A stretch of DNA of 64,000 bases from Octopus bimaculoides (lineage: Eukaryota), in NCBI RefSeq assembly GCF_001194135.2, contig NC_068998.1, positions 48,732,273-48,796,272 on the forward strand, read 5' to 3'. Under the pieces are notes generated by a model that made no database searches, had not been told where the DNA came from, and saw nothing but the letters and a program-made list of their open reading frames with translations. This document shows positions 51,244-63,651 of this stretch, one piece after another. Numbering within the stretch: position 1 is the first letter of the stretch; each line of letters begins with the position of its first letter. The translations under genes were made by a program, and so were the position numbers.

Positions 51244-53749
51244 CAAGAGGCAGGATATGAATATCCAGGCAGATAATGCGTTACTCTATGTAAAGTGCCA
51301 AGGCTGGTTTCTTCTGATGGACAATTATGAATAAAGTAAGCAGAAAGTCTGAATGTTCAAATTCTTCATTTTTGTTAAGACACTTGCTCAAAGTGTCATG
51401 TAGTGGAACTGAACCCGGAAGCATGTGGTTGAGAAACAAGCTTCTTACCACACATCCAGAATACTCTAATACTCTATCACAATCATCTCTCTTGTTACTT
51501 GGTGTTATAGAACGTATCTATAAGCTGTAGCCAACACTGTATATTACAACAAATATAAAACATCACACACACACACACACACACAAGATGTTCATAGACA
51601 CAAAAAGAAGGAACAGCTACATATGCTGCATATTCAACTCTGAAGTTTCTTTGGCAGCTGTGTACCTTCCTTAACAATCTACTATACCTCCCTGCCTCTC
51701 TCTTTCTTTCTCTCTCTCTCTCTGCACTTCCACAGGTACTTCTCTACAACGTACCTCTCTAACCCCACCTCAGGCACCTCTCTACCTCCACTACAAGTAC
51801 CTTTCTACTACCTTGCATCTACCTGTCTACCCATACTCTGAGTACCTCTGTTCCTGCCACATGCACCTGTCTATTTCTATTACATGTACATTACTATGTC
51901 TACCACAGGTCTCCCTCCACCCCTATTACATGTACCACTGTACTTCAGCTTATGATGTCTTTTATAGACATGTATTTATAGGAACAGATTTTATAGTCCC
52001 AGGTCAAAAAATGACCCAAAGTATTCCAGATTTTCTCAAGCAGTAAATGCAGGAATACATTATCCCGACTTTATTTTAGCCACTGCTTGCTGTGATGTGG
52101 TGAACTGAGACAGACAGAGTTATGTACCTTGCTTCATTATTGTACACGATATCTCCAACTTACATGCTCAACTGTGGGGTAGGAGTATAGCTTGTTTCTC
52201 TGTCAAGGAAATAAAGAAAAAGAGGGAGGGAGAGAGAGAGAGCTAGATAGAGTGCGACAAGCAAGGTTATCTACCTTGTCCCAAAGAGTGAGAAAGAGAG
52301 AAGCTACGTTAATGTTACAGGGTAAAGTTTGAGCTTTGACACCCAACTTACTGTAAGTAGTATGATTCAAAAGTATCCAAGGAAACAGAGACAGGTGAGC
52401 AGAACAACGAACAGGGTCTATTGATGCTCAGGTAAAATGGAAGAAGTAGCAATAGCGGGGCTGAATTTACTCAGCGGCATCTGCAAAGAAATATGTACTC
52501 TTTTACTCTTTTACTTGTTTCAGTCATTTAGCTGCAAACATGCTGGAGCACCGCCTTTAGTCGAGCAAATCGACCCCAGGACTTACCATCCCTTAATAAG
52601 GCTGTTTTAACCTCCAATTGAATGTATATATACATACATACATGCATGCATACATACATACATATATATCATCATCATCATCATCATCATCGTTTAATGT
52701 CCGCTTTCCATGCTAGCATGGGTTGGACGATTTGACTGAGGACTGGTGGACCAGGAGGCGACACCAGGCTCCAATCTGATCTGGCAGAGTTTCTACAGCT
52801 GGATGCCCTTCCTAACGCCAACCACTCCGAGAATATATATATATATACACATACATATACACATACATATANNNNNNNNNNNNNNNNNNNNNNNNNNNNN
52901 NNNNNNNNNNNNNNNNNNNNNNNNNNNNNNNNNNNNNNNNNNNNNNNNNNNNNNNNNNNNNNNNNNNNNNNNNNNNNNNNNNNNNNNNNNNNNNNNNNNN
53001 NNNNNNNNNNNNNNNNNNNNNNNNNNNNNNNNNNNNNNNNNNNNNNNNNNNNNNNNNNNNNNNNNNNNNNNNNNNNNNNNNNNNNNNNTACATATATATC
53101 ATCATCATCATCATCATCATCGTTTAATGTCCGCTTTCCATGCTAGCATGGGTTGGACGATTTGACTGAGGACTGATGAAACTGGATGGCAACACCAGGC
53201 TCCAGTCTGATTTGGCAGAGTTTCTACAGCTGGATGCCCTTCCTAACAATAACCACTCCGAGAGTGTAGTGGGTGCTTTTACGTGTCACCCACACGAAGG
53301 CCAGTCAGGCGGTACTGGCAACGGCCATGCTCAAAATGGTGTATATAATCATCATCATTTTGACGTCCAGTTTTTCATGCATGTATAGATCAGATGGAAT
53401 TAGTTGAGGCAGATCATCCACCACCGCCAATGTCCGTCCTGGTGCCCCAATCCTCACCTGTTTCCAAGTCATGTCATATTTTCCCATGCCAAGACGTTTT
53501 TCACAGGGAACTAAAAACAAACAACATTGCTCATATGATGCTTGCTTATTGTGGTATTTAATTTACAGTCTGAGTTCAAATACTACTGAGGTCAGTGTCA
53601 TGCTTCGTTCTTTCAGAGTCAATAAAAGTGAAGTACCAGTTAAATAATGTGGCCAATGGTATTGACTATTCCCTTCCCCCAAATTTCAGAATCCCTTGTG
53701 CTTATATTCGAGGCAGTTATTACTAACTGGGGTTATTTTTATCTTTCAG

Positions 53750-53895
53750 CCATGCCAAACGGAAGATGGATGATTTGTCCTTTTTTGGCGGTTTCCTTCA
53801 CCTGTGTTATGGCCCCGAATATGAAACTGTGGCTGAGACACGGCAAAAACTACAAGACAGGCGGAGAATTATTGCATTGAAAACTAAGAAATCTG
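53750..53895 (+). CDS. RBM48: RBM48 coding exon 3 ([39 protein letters not shown])
   Basis: Acceptor atctttcag| (phase 2 compatible), donor G|GTCAGT (phase 1). Matches RBM48 AKRKMDEQSFFGGLLHVCYAPEFETVEETRKKLQ. Confidence 0.96.
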
Positions 53896-54189
53896 GTCAG
53901 TTTTCCTTTTGTTGTTCTTCAAATTTTGATAAACAGTATTTTAATATTGTCTATATATATATATATATACATACACACATATATATAGCATATATATATA
54001 TATACACACACATACACACATATACACATACATACACATATACGTACATACATACATACATACATATATATATGTGTGTGTGTGTGTATACACATACATA
54101 TATTTATATATATATATATACACAAACATATATATATACATATATATTTACAAACAATATACAATGCTTCAAACGAACTACAATACTCT

Positions 54190-54249
<60 letters not shown>

Positions 54250-54451
54250 TTTGAAGAAAAGCAACACAAATTCAATTGTTGCTTTTCTTCAAATTTTATT
54301 CACCAAATCTCTTGATTCTGATTTTGGTTTTTACCCTACCAAATTCTGGTGCCTCAAACATTTTAAGTACCATATTTAATCTTTTGATTAAATCTATATT
54401 GTTATATATACATATATATATATTTATATATGGATGATTATTTATTTGCAG

Positions 54452-55093
54452 AAGAGGAAACAAGAAGAAAGAGGGTGGGAGAAAACTCTGTTGTGAGGAG
54501 TGTGGGTGTGGCGAAGTCACCAAAAATGGCCCCTTCACAATTGCAGCAGCAACGTGCAGGACCCACAACCAACACCTTGGACACACCTTCAATACCATTG
54601 CCATGTTTTAATGTCCCACCTCCAACTTTGTCCTTACCACCACCACCACCATCATCATCAACACATCTTCCACCACCTCCATCACTATCACCATTGTTGT
54701 CAATACCACCACCACCACCATCACCATTGTTGTCAATACCACCACCACCACCATTAACCAATGATAGTTTGATCAATTCTTACAACAACCCCCGTCCCTT
54801 GGCCCGTATGCCACTGTCTCTCCATTCTAAGACAACTAGGGCACCAGAGCAACTGTGGCTGGAGCCTCCACCACAGTATTGTAGCTCTGCTCAAAGTAAT
54901 AGCAACAATTCTTCCAGTGCTGCCAGTTTTGCCAAAGTTCCTTCTGCTCAAGCTATTTTCCCACCAAACTTCGATGCCAGAATCCACGTCAACACGGATT
55001 TGGTGAAATTACTTCCACGCCAAACCAAAATGAAGTTAATGTCGGATATAAAGAAACCTCAGGCTGAAGACAAACACCTGAATAAATCAACAG
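54452..55093 (+). CDS. RBM48: RBM48 coding exon 4 (long Pro/Ser-rich low-complexity region)
   Basis: Acceptor tttatttgcag| in phase 1, open frame of 642 nt, donor CAG|GTAAGT in phase 1. The frame joins exons 3 and 5. Confidence 0.85.
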
Positions 55094-56235
55094 GTAAGTG
55101 GTTCAAGCGAATACCTTTCTTTCTTTAATTTGATTTTCAATATTTTTACTATGAACAGGGCAGTGAGCTGGCAGAATTGTTAGCATGCTGGGTAAAATTC
55201 TTCGTGGCATTTTGTCCATAGTCTTTACTTTCTTTTCTCTCCTTTACTTGTTGCAGTCATTTGACTGTGGCCATGCTGGAGCACCGCCTTTTAGTCGAGC
55301 AAATCGACCCCCGGGACTTATTCTTTGTAAGCCCAGTACTTATTCTATCGGTCTCTTTTGCTGAACTGCTAAGTGACGGGGGACATAAACCTGTGCAGTG
55401 ACATGGAAAAGCACCTGTGTGACATCATGTAAAAACGCCCGTGCAGTGCCACGCTAAACCACCCATGCGGTGCCATGTATCTAGGACACTAAGGGCATCC
55501 AGCTGTAGAAACCATACCTAATGAGATGAGTCTGGTGTAGCCCCCTGCCCCCACCAGCTTGCCAGCTCTGGTCAAACAGTCCAACCCATACCAGCATGGA
55601 CAACGAACGTTAAATGATGATGACGATAGATGCAGGAAAGGAATGAGGTAGCAGACCTTGCTGTATAGAAAACTGCAAAAGACTAGCTGCCTGTCCCTGA
55701 GGAAGAGTCGTCCTTTATCCACTTCATGACACAGTAACAGGGGCTGAACATCATCCCTCTGGATCCTTATGATTTATCTTTTATCTTCTATCTCTTGTTT
55801 GCTTCGGTCATTTTGACTGCAGCCATGCTGGGGCACCACCTTGAAGGGGTTTTTTAATCAAGCAAATCGACCCCCAGGACTTATTTTTTAAGCCTAGTAC
55901 TTATTCTATTGGTCTCTTTCACAGGGACATAAACATACTGACACCAGTTATCAGCCATATTCAGCCCAAGTAGCCTACCTGCCTCTCGCACCATCCCTAC
56001 AATATCTGTTGAAGAATAAACAGTAATCTCTTCAAAATCTCAAAGCTACATGATAATGCTAGATTCATTTAAAACATGTGAATAAATAAGCATTTCATTG
56101 GACAAAGTAATGTGACACTGAAGGGTTAAAATCCTCACAAACAGATGTTCATTACTAACTGGTTGTAGATATCTTTCTGCTGTAAATCATGTCATGTGAC
56201 TACATGAAACTAATTAATTTTTCATTTCCATTCAG

Positions 56236-56528
56236 CCCCAAGTAACTCCACATCCACCAGTAAAATTAGCGAGGACAAATCTGACCTCGTTATTCGAGAG
56301 TTCAAACCCTCAACATGTCCCAAGTTTGTCCCTCGACAAGCTGTGTCTCTCAAGACAAACAAGAAGCTTGTTGAGAAGGACAACCTAAACAAGGCCATTC
56401 GGTCAAGTGCTTTAATACTGGGCGATATTCAGGGACCTGACAGGCCACCCCATTTGACGCCTGTTAACAAGGAAATTCAAAAGTCAATGGAAGAGACAAG
56501 GAAGGAAATCAGAAAGCGTGTTCTACAG
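56236..56528 (+). CDS. RBM48: RBM48 coding exon 5 (PKFVPRQ...IQGPDRPP...SMEETRKEIRKRVLQ)
   Basis: Acceptor ttccattcag| phase 1, donor CAG|GTAAGT phase 0. KFVPRQ and GP...SMEETRKEIRKRV resemble the RBM48 RFMPRT and IGP...SLNTTANLIRHKL motifs. Confidence 0.88.
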
Positions 56529-57221
56529 GTAAGTCAACTTTTTCCCGTTATTTATCTTCCTTGTCTTATAAACTGTTGAGCATGCATCAATGATTCACTT
56601 GGGAGAAGGCATGAATGTCTCAACATCACTATATATTTAATATTGTATACATATGTTTCTTTATCAGTGTGGGACGTATAAAGTATAGTCTGGGTACGGT
56701 GCAGTAGTGTGGGTATGTTGTATGGGGTACAACGCACGGCAGGTTATAAACAACCTTAGCTGGACTTGTACCTTGGAGAGGAACTAAGTGCGATCCCATA
56801 GTCATTCGTAACAAAGGGGTTCTTTACCCGTTACCCTATGTATGTCCAAAGGTTTGGTAGGGGTTAATTGTGTAGAGTTAGGGTCAGTTGTTTGGGATGA
56901 TGATGCTGGTGGTGGTGGTAGATGGAGTAATAGTTGTGGTGGTGGTAGTAGTAGTAGCAGTAATAGTAACGTCAGTGGTGGTTGCAGCAGTTGTGGTAAA
57001 GGTTGTAGTAGAGCAGTGGTGGTGTTGGTTGTCTTAGCAACTGCATCAATCATAATTCTTATATTTGTATTAAGTTCTGAGGTGGTGGTAAGTTGTGGTG
57101 GTGGTGGTGGTGGTAGAGGTGGTGATAGTGGTAGTAGTAGTAGTAGTGTGGTGGTGGTGCTGGTAGTAGTAGTTGTGGTGGTAGTAGTGGTGTAGCAGTG
57201 ATGGTGGTGGTAGTAGTAGTA

Positions 57222-59081
57222 GTAACGGTGGTGATGTGGTAATAGTACTAGTGGTGGTACAGGTAGTAGTAGTAGCAGTGGTGATGATGAAATTAGTAGT
57301 GGTGGTGTTTGTATAGGAATAGTTCCAGTGGTAGTTGTTGTATAGTCCCAGGTAAAAACCTTGACTGAGCTGACCTATAATGAAAGACCTTCCAGCCATG
57401 ACCATCCTATTTTGGTTTCCTTTGTGCAGGGAATCCACAGCTTCATTGTCTAACATTTCCTCTGCCCCCCCCTCTCCCTCACTTTCTTTTTAAGTTGAAA
57501 GGTTTTGATTTGAGGGAAATTCAGCTGCTATTTCTAGCAGACTGAACGACCCCATATAGGCTCCCCCTGGTTGGAGTTGTGGTTGTAGTGAAGGTGGTGT
57601 TGGCAGTGATGATAGTAGTGGTGGTGGTNNNNNNNNNNNNNNNNNNNNNNNNNNNNNNNNNNNNNNNNNNNNNNNNNNNNNNNNNNNNNNNNNNNNNNNN
57701 NNNNNNNNNNNNNNNNNNNNNNNNNNNNNNNNNNNNNNNNNNNNNNNNNNNNNNNNNNNNNNNNNNNNNNNNNNNNNNNNNNNNNNNNNNNNNNNNNNNN
57801 NNNNNNNNNNNNNNNGGTGGTTGTGGTGGTGTTGGCAGTGATGATAGTAGTGGTGGTGGTCGTAGTGGTGGTGGTGGTAGTGGTGGTAGTGGTGGTGGTG
57901 GTGATGGCAGTAGTGGTGGTGGTGGTGATGGCAGTAGTGGTGGTGGTTGTGATGGCAGTAGTGGTGGTAGTGGTGTTGGTGTTAGCAGTGGTGGTGGTGG
58001 TGGTGGTAGTGTGAGGTGTCAAATAACTGAAATAGTCTGTGAAGTGGATGGAATTTCCTTTCCCTCCCTCTGCATTGTGGTATGAAGAGGTTTCGCTGTT
58101 CCATAAACATTCTATCACCCTTCTACATACACACAGTTATTGTGATTATATGTAGATATGTGTGTGTGTGTATGTCTGTGTGTATTTGTGTGTGTGTATG
58201 TCTGTGTGTGTGTTTGTTATTCTTGTAGGATTGTAAAAACATTTTTAACGATACCTTTGGAACTAATGACTAGTGCTAAGGCAGTGAAGCGACAGAATCG
58301 GTGGAGCGTCAAATGGAATACCTTGTGGCATTCGTTCACCGTCTCTCTCTCAGTGTGTATGTTTCTTGTTGGCAAGATGACCCTTCCAAAATAAACAACT
58401 TAAAATTCATCATCATCATCATCACTGTCATAATTATTCTCTTCCTCCTCCTCATCAGAATTCTGCCTCATCCCATGTCTTGCTGGGTCTACCTCTACCA
58501 CAGGTCCCCTCCTCTTCTAATAATCTGTTCTTCATCATTATCTTTTTGCAGTTCTCTGATTCAAAACTGACAGTGGTTGCTCCCAAATCTCCCAAAACCA
58601 GCTGAAGATGGAGACCGCTTTGCTGCAAGTGAATTTCAGGTGAGTGTTTGCAAGATTTTGATTTGTGGGACTAGGTTTTGTTCCAACCAGAAAGGAATGC
58701 AGTGAGTTTGAACTGTATGTCTTCTGTGCAGTAATGGTGGTGATGTGGTAATAGTACTAGTGGTAGTATAGGCGGTAGTAGTAGCAGTGGTGTTGATGAA
58801 ATTAGTAGTGGTGGTGTTTGTATAGGAATAGTTCCAGTGGTAGTTGTTGTATAGTCCCAGGTAAAAACCTTGACTGAGCTGACCTATAATGAAAGACCTT
58901 CCAGCCATGACCATCCTATTTTGGTTTCCTTTGTGCAGGGAATCCACAGCTTCATTGTCTAACATTTCCTCTGCCCCCCCTCTCCCTCACTTTCTTTTTA
59001 AGTTGAAAGGTTTTGATTTGAGGGAAATTCAGCTGCTATTTCTAGCAGACTGAACGACCCCATATAGGCTCCCCCTGGTTG
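57222..59081. repeat. Local direct duplication of ~350 bp (57222-57572 and 58731-59081)
   Basis: About 280 bp read as identical and the first ~70 bp differ at a few sites; constant offset of 1509. Confidence 0.9.
58574..58639 (+). CDS. RBM48: RBM48 probable coding exon 6 (WLLPNLPKPAEDGDRFAASEFQ)
   Basis: Donor CAG|GTGAGT. Acceptor ctgacag| keeps phase 0, and NLPKPAED resembles human SVPKPPED. A stronger acceptor 22 nt upstream (58551) gives a different, terminating frame. Confidence 0.6.
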
Positions 59082-60100
59082 TAGTGATTATTATTGGTCT
59101 GCTTGTCGAAGGTTGATTTAGGATTGTAAAAACCAGACCAAATGCAGTGTTATAGGCAGAACAGGAACCACTGACCTCTTGGCTGGATGCCTTATGCCCT
59201 CTGCATTTGGCCATTCAGGCACCAGTCATCCTCATCCTCCTCCTCATCGTCGTCATTTGACGTCCGTTGTCCATGCTGGCATGGGTTGGACAGTTTGACC
59301 AGGCTGGCACACTGGAAGGCTGCACCATGCTCCAGTCTGATTTGGCATGGTTTTCTACAGCTGGATGCCTTTCCTAACGCCAACCACTCCGAGAATGTAG
59401 TGGATGCGTTTACGTGCCACCGGCACCATTATTATTATTATTATTATTATTATTGTTATTGTTATTGTTATTGTTATTATTATTATTAATGCAACAAGCT
59501 GGCAGAACCATTAGCATGCTGGGCAAAATGCTTAGCGGCATTTCATGCACCTTTATGTTCTGAGTTCAAATTCTGTTGAGGTTGACTTTGCCTTTCATAC
59601 TTTCTGGGTTGATAAAACAAATACCAGTGGAATACTGGGGTGAACAATTTAATTGACTATAGTAGAAAGGATTATCACTATTATTATGTTTATATTTATC
59701 AAGCCAGGAGGTTAGGGGGATGGGAGATGGAGTTACTTGGCTGCTAGAAATAGCAGCCAAACTTTCCTTAAAGCTGGTTCTGCCTCCATCTTAAAACAGA
59801 TGTCTGAAACTGCATTGAATGAAGTGATCTTAGTCACATGATAAGACTGGTTGGTCATGGTCGGAACTTTTTTTTTATTTTTATCGTAAGTCTGCTTAAC
59901 ATCATGTATGTTTGTCACAATGGAACGATTGTCTCCTGCTAGTGTTATCAAGCAAGGTTCTCGATTCTCCCTGTCACTGCTAAACAGTAGATATCTGTCT
60001 TCGGACAATGGTACTTTGGTATTATTTCATTGACCAAACCTAAAACTAAAATAGATGCTTAATATTTATACAGATGCATGTGTACATGTATGCTTGCTTA

Positions 60101-60173
<73 letters not shown>

Positions 60174-60416
60174 TAACTTTTTCCACAATCTAGCAGATAT
60201 ATATCATTATCATCATCATTTACCATCCACCTTCCATGCTGGCATGGGTGGGACTACTTACATATATATACATGCATACATGCCTACACATATGCATACA
60301 TATATACAGGACTACCACATTATGTTGGCAAATAATCTTTACTCTAGAATAAATATATTTGTTCTGATAATGAAGTTTTTACGTGTATCAATAATGGAGT
60401 TGCTTTATCTTTTCAG

Positions 60417-60497
60417 CTAAACGTAACATTCAAGCAGTTTCCCAGTCAGAAACTTTCAACTGGACCCCAGAATGAACCTGAAGGTTCGACTATGTAA
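60417..60497 (+). CDS. RBM48: RBM48 probable terminal coding exon (LNVTFKQFPSQKLSTGPQNEPEGSTM*)
   Basis: Good acceptor ttatcttttcag|; phase-0 frame ends at TAA 60495-60497. No recognised homology. Confidence 0.5.
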   Translation, partial: LNVTFKQFPSQKLSTGPQNEPEGSTM

Positions 60498-60909
60498 ACG
60501 AAGAGAACCCTTTTGAAAGTACAGCATCAGCTCCTACCAGATTACAGGAACCTTGTAAAAGGTGTAAAGATACAACATTTCTGTTGTTGGGGAGATTTCT
60601 GCATCTTTTGCGAAGGGCACCATTGAAGAACATCCTTGTAGGGGTTTTTGCATTTCTTTGAAGTGTACAATATTCTTTGTGAAGGTCCTGCTCCTTATAG
60701 TGGGAGTGGTGGTGTGCAGATTGGTTGAGCATCAGATAAAATGCCTTGTGTTATTTGTTCCAGCTTTCTGTGCTCTGAGTTCAAATCCTGCCAAGGTACC
60801 TTTACCTTTGATCCACTTAGGGGTGGCGGTAGGGGGTAGGGGTGGGGGTCAATAAATAAAGAACCAGTCTTGCACTGGGGGTCAATTTTTCTTGTGTCTT
60901 ACTTTTTTT

Positions 60910-60940
<31 letters not shown>

Positions 60941-60991
60941 TACTATTTCCTTTCTGGAATAACTTTGACCACTGCTGTATTTCTCATCAGT

Positions 60992-61047
60992 GCATCTCTG
61001 GCTCCGCATCTCTGGCTCCGCATCTCTGGCTCCGCATCTCTGGCTCC
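60992..61047. repeat. 4 x 14-bp perfect tandem repeat GCATCTCTGGCTCC
   Basis: Units start at 60992, 61006, 61020 and 61034. Confidence 0.95.
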
Positions 61048-61217
61048 ACCAGGATTTGTGAACCCAAGACGAGGCAAGTCGAGCTCTTTGTGAGAAAGAG
61101 TATAAAATTTCAGATTGTTTCCTTCTAAACCTGCTGTCTGGTTTAACACTACTGCCACCATCATCATCATCGTTGTTGTTATAATCACCACCACCACAAC
61201 CACCACCACCACCACCG

Positions 61218-62935
61218 TCACCGTGGAGCGGGAGGTGCATGCTTGTGTGGTGGTGGTGTTTGCGTGAGTGCGAATGTCGGAGATGGAAAGTGAATGGGGA
61301 TATTAGGTTCTGGAGTGAGAGCTTCAGAAAAAGCTTGTTTCACCCTATGGATTGAGATAATCTGTTTAGATCCATTAATGTCCATGGAAAATGTTTTTGA
61401 CGTTTTTCCCAAGACACGATAAGGCCCCATATAGGGTTGAGTAAGAGGGCCTCTCAAAGATTCGTCCCTGAGGAAAACGTGGGTCCATTTATCGATATCC
61501 ACTGGAACAGCAGTAGGCACAGTCTGATATTTAGAAGACATCGGTGGTAGAGCTGAAGAAATAAGTCTGTAGTCTATGTACCTAAGATGAAGAATCTTGA
61601 GCCGATAAGTCCACTGGAGCCAACATCTGGCCTGGTAGGAATAATGGCGACCCGTAGAGAAGTTCAGCTGGATAGTATCCAAGATCCTCTTTCACTGATG
61701 AGCGACAAACCAAAAGAACAACAGGTAGGAATTTGCATCATCGATGAGAATCCGCATAGGCACGTAACGACGCCTTTAATTGACGGTGGAACTGTTCCAC
61801 CATGCTATTCGAGGCTGGATGATAACTAGTCGTCCGGATATGGCGAATTCCTATGAAGCTTGAAAGTTGATAGAAAAGCTGAAATTCGGACTGCCTCCCG
61901 CGATCAGTAGTAATCCGTAAGGGAACACCAAAACGTGAAATCCAACCTGAAATGAGGGCATGCGCCACTGATTCTGCTGTGACATCGACCAGAGGGATGG
62001 CTTCAGACCAACGTGAAAAGCGGTCGATACATGCGGGTATATATGTGAATCCGCGACTAACCGGCCAAGGACCAACCAAGTCAATATGGATATGCTGGAA
62101 ACGAGCGTCCGGATTTTCAAAGGTGCCGAGATGTGCACAAACATATCTGTGTGCTTTAGAGCGCTGGCATTGCAGACAAGAACGCATCCATGCAGTAATA
62201 TTCTGTCGCATATTCGGTCAGAAAAAAACGAGCCGTGATAAGCTTTACTGAAGCCGCTACGCTAGGATGTGGTAAGGTATGCATGGCATTGAAGACAGTA
62301 CGACAATGAGACTCTGGTACGAGTGGACGAGGTGAGCCAGTAAAAGTATCATACAATATATCTCCGTCAGAAGTTGGTAATAGCAAATACTCGAATCAGC
62401 AAGTTGCGAATTGCTCAGAGGAAACAACCAAAGGCGATAGCAGTGGTTGGTCAGCTGACAAGGCAATCAAGTCTATCGTAGAAGCAGACGACAATGAACA
62501 GACAGCCAAGCGAGATAAGGCGTCAGCAATAATATTGCTAGAACTGGAGATGTGCTGAATATCGCTAGAAAACTGCGATATATAATCAAGATGTCAGATG
62601 TCGGCGAATATTTGTCCGACTTGGTGAGCAGAGCAAAAGCAAGAGGTTTGTGGTCTGTGAATATCGTAAAATCCCTTCTTTCCAGGAAATGGCAAACATG
62701 CTTCACGGCGAGGTAAATAGCGAACAATTTTCTTCCGAACGTGTTATAGCGTTTCTCAGCGGGAATAAAATGCCAGCGGTTGCAGAATTCCATGGTCAGT
62801 TTGCTGTAATACTGCACCCACAGCTGCATCCGATGCATCTACCACAAGCGAGAGCTTTGCATCAGATTTGGGTGGACGACTAGGATTTTTATACTTCCCT
62901 AGCGGAAGGGCCATCGAAGTGTCACCCATCGATGA
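61218..62935 (-). mobile_element. Ty3/Gypsy LTR-retrotransposon pol relic (RNase H-integrase), frameshifted
   Basis: LSLVVDASDAAVGAVLQQ...PLAFYS and AEKRYNTFGRKLFAIYLAV...FTIFTDHKPL (RNase H); H-x-H/CLQC zinc finger; HIHIDLVGP...[14 protein letters not shown]...ITTDRGRQ (DDE core); PYMGPYRVL (GPY/F). No LTRs identified. Confidence 0.95.
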
Positions 62936-63040
62936 CAGAATGAGGGAACATAACTCTGCCCTGTTCACTTTAGCTTTTATGGACCTTGCTACATGCATAA
63001 TTCGATCTACCTTTTTTAACAGTAAAATTTTTGTCTGAAA

Positions 63041-63070
63041 AATTCGACTTATACGCTGGAAAATACGGTA
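63041..63070 (-). mobile_element. pogo/Tigger-like terminal inverted repeat end
   Basis: Reverse complement reads TA-CCGTATTTTCCAGCGTATAAGTCGAATT, a pogo-like terminus with TA target site. Confidence 0.55.
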
Positions 63071-63496
63071 ACCTCTTGTTAATTATTTACAACTAGGCGG
63101 ACTGAGTACGACAATGAACTGCGTACCCTCATGGTACATATTCAGCAATATTTCAGGCTTTAACAGTAAGGCATACCACCTAGGAGTATGCAGGTAAACA
63201 TAAATAATTGAACATTAAATAAGTTCTTCAATGTTCACACGGCTCAGCGCCAATGATAGGATAAAAACAGACATGTCTCTAACGGTTAGACATACCCGGT
63301 AATGACTCAGTCATCTGTGAGTCTCGTTTTTGTAATTAACACACTTTACAAGCAGACATCCATTTGCTAAGAATGGTATTGGGGAGATTTGCAGAGCTTC
63401 AGCAGTTTAAAATTGGTAAAATGACTACGTTGCTACAAATGGAACCGTTCGCTTGGAATAGTATGATGTTTAATTTGATTTGATATATATATATAT

Positions 63497-63559
<63 letters not shown>

Positions 63560-63612
63560 NNNNNNNNNNNNNNNNNNNNNNNNNNNNNNNNNNNNNNNNN
63601 NNNNNNNNNNNN

Positions 63613-63651
<39 letters not shown>

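Noticed and set aside
54430-54451. ATG-initiated 232-aa standalone ORF MDDYLFAEEE...
   Set aside because: The first 22 nt are the intron 3 end; the ORF is RBM48 exon 4, entered at the acceptor 54451.
56802-58118. Thr/Val/Gly/His-rich ORFs resembling mucins
   Set aside because: They come from (GGT/AGT)n microsatellites inside RBM48 intron 5 and span an N-gap.
59733-60008. 91-aa minus-strand ORF (SEDRYLLFSS...) antisense within RBM48 intron 6
   Set aside because: The nearest acceptor places stops in frame, the 3' part runs into a repeat, and no homology was recognised.
48424-60497. U12-type introns in RBM48
   Set aside because: No RTATCCTT donor or properly placed TCCTTAAC branch site was found at any inferred intron.
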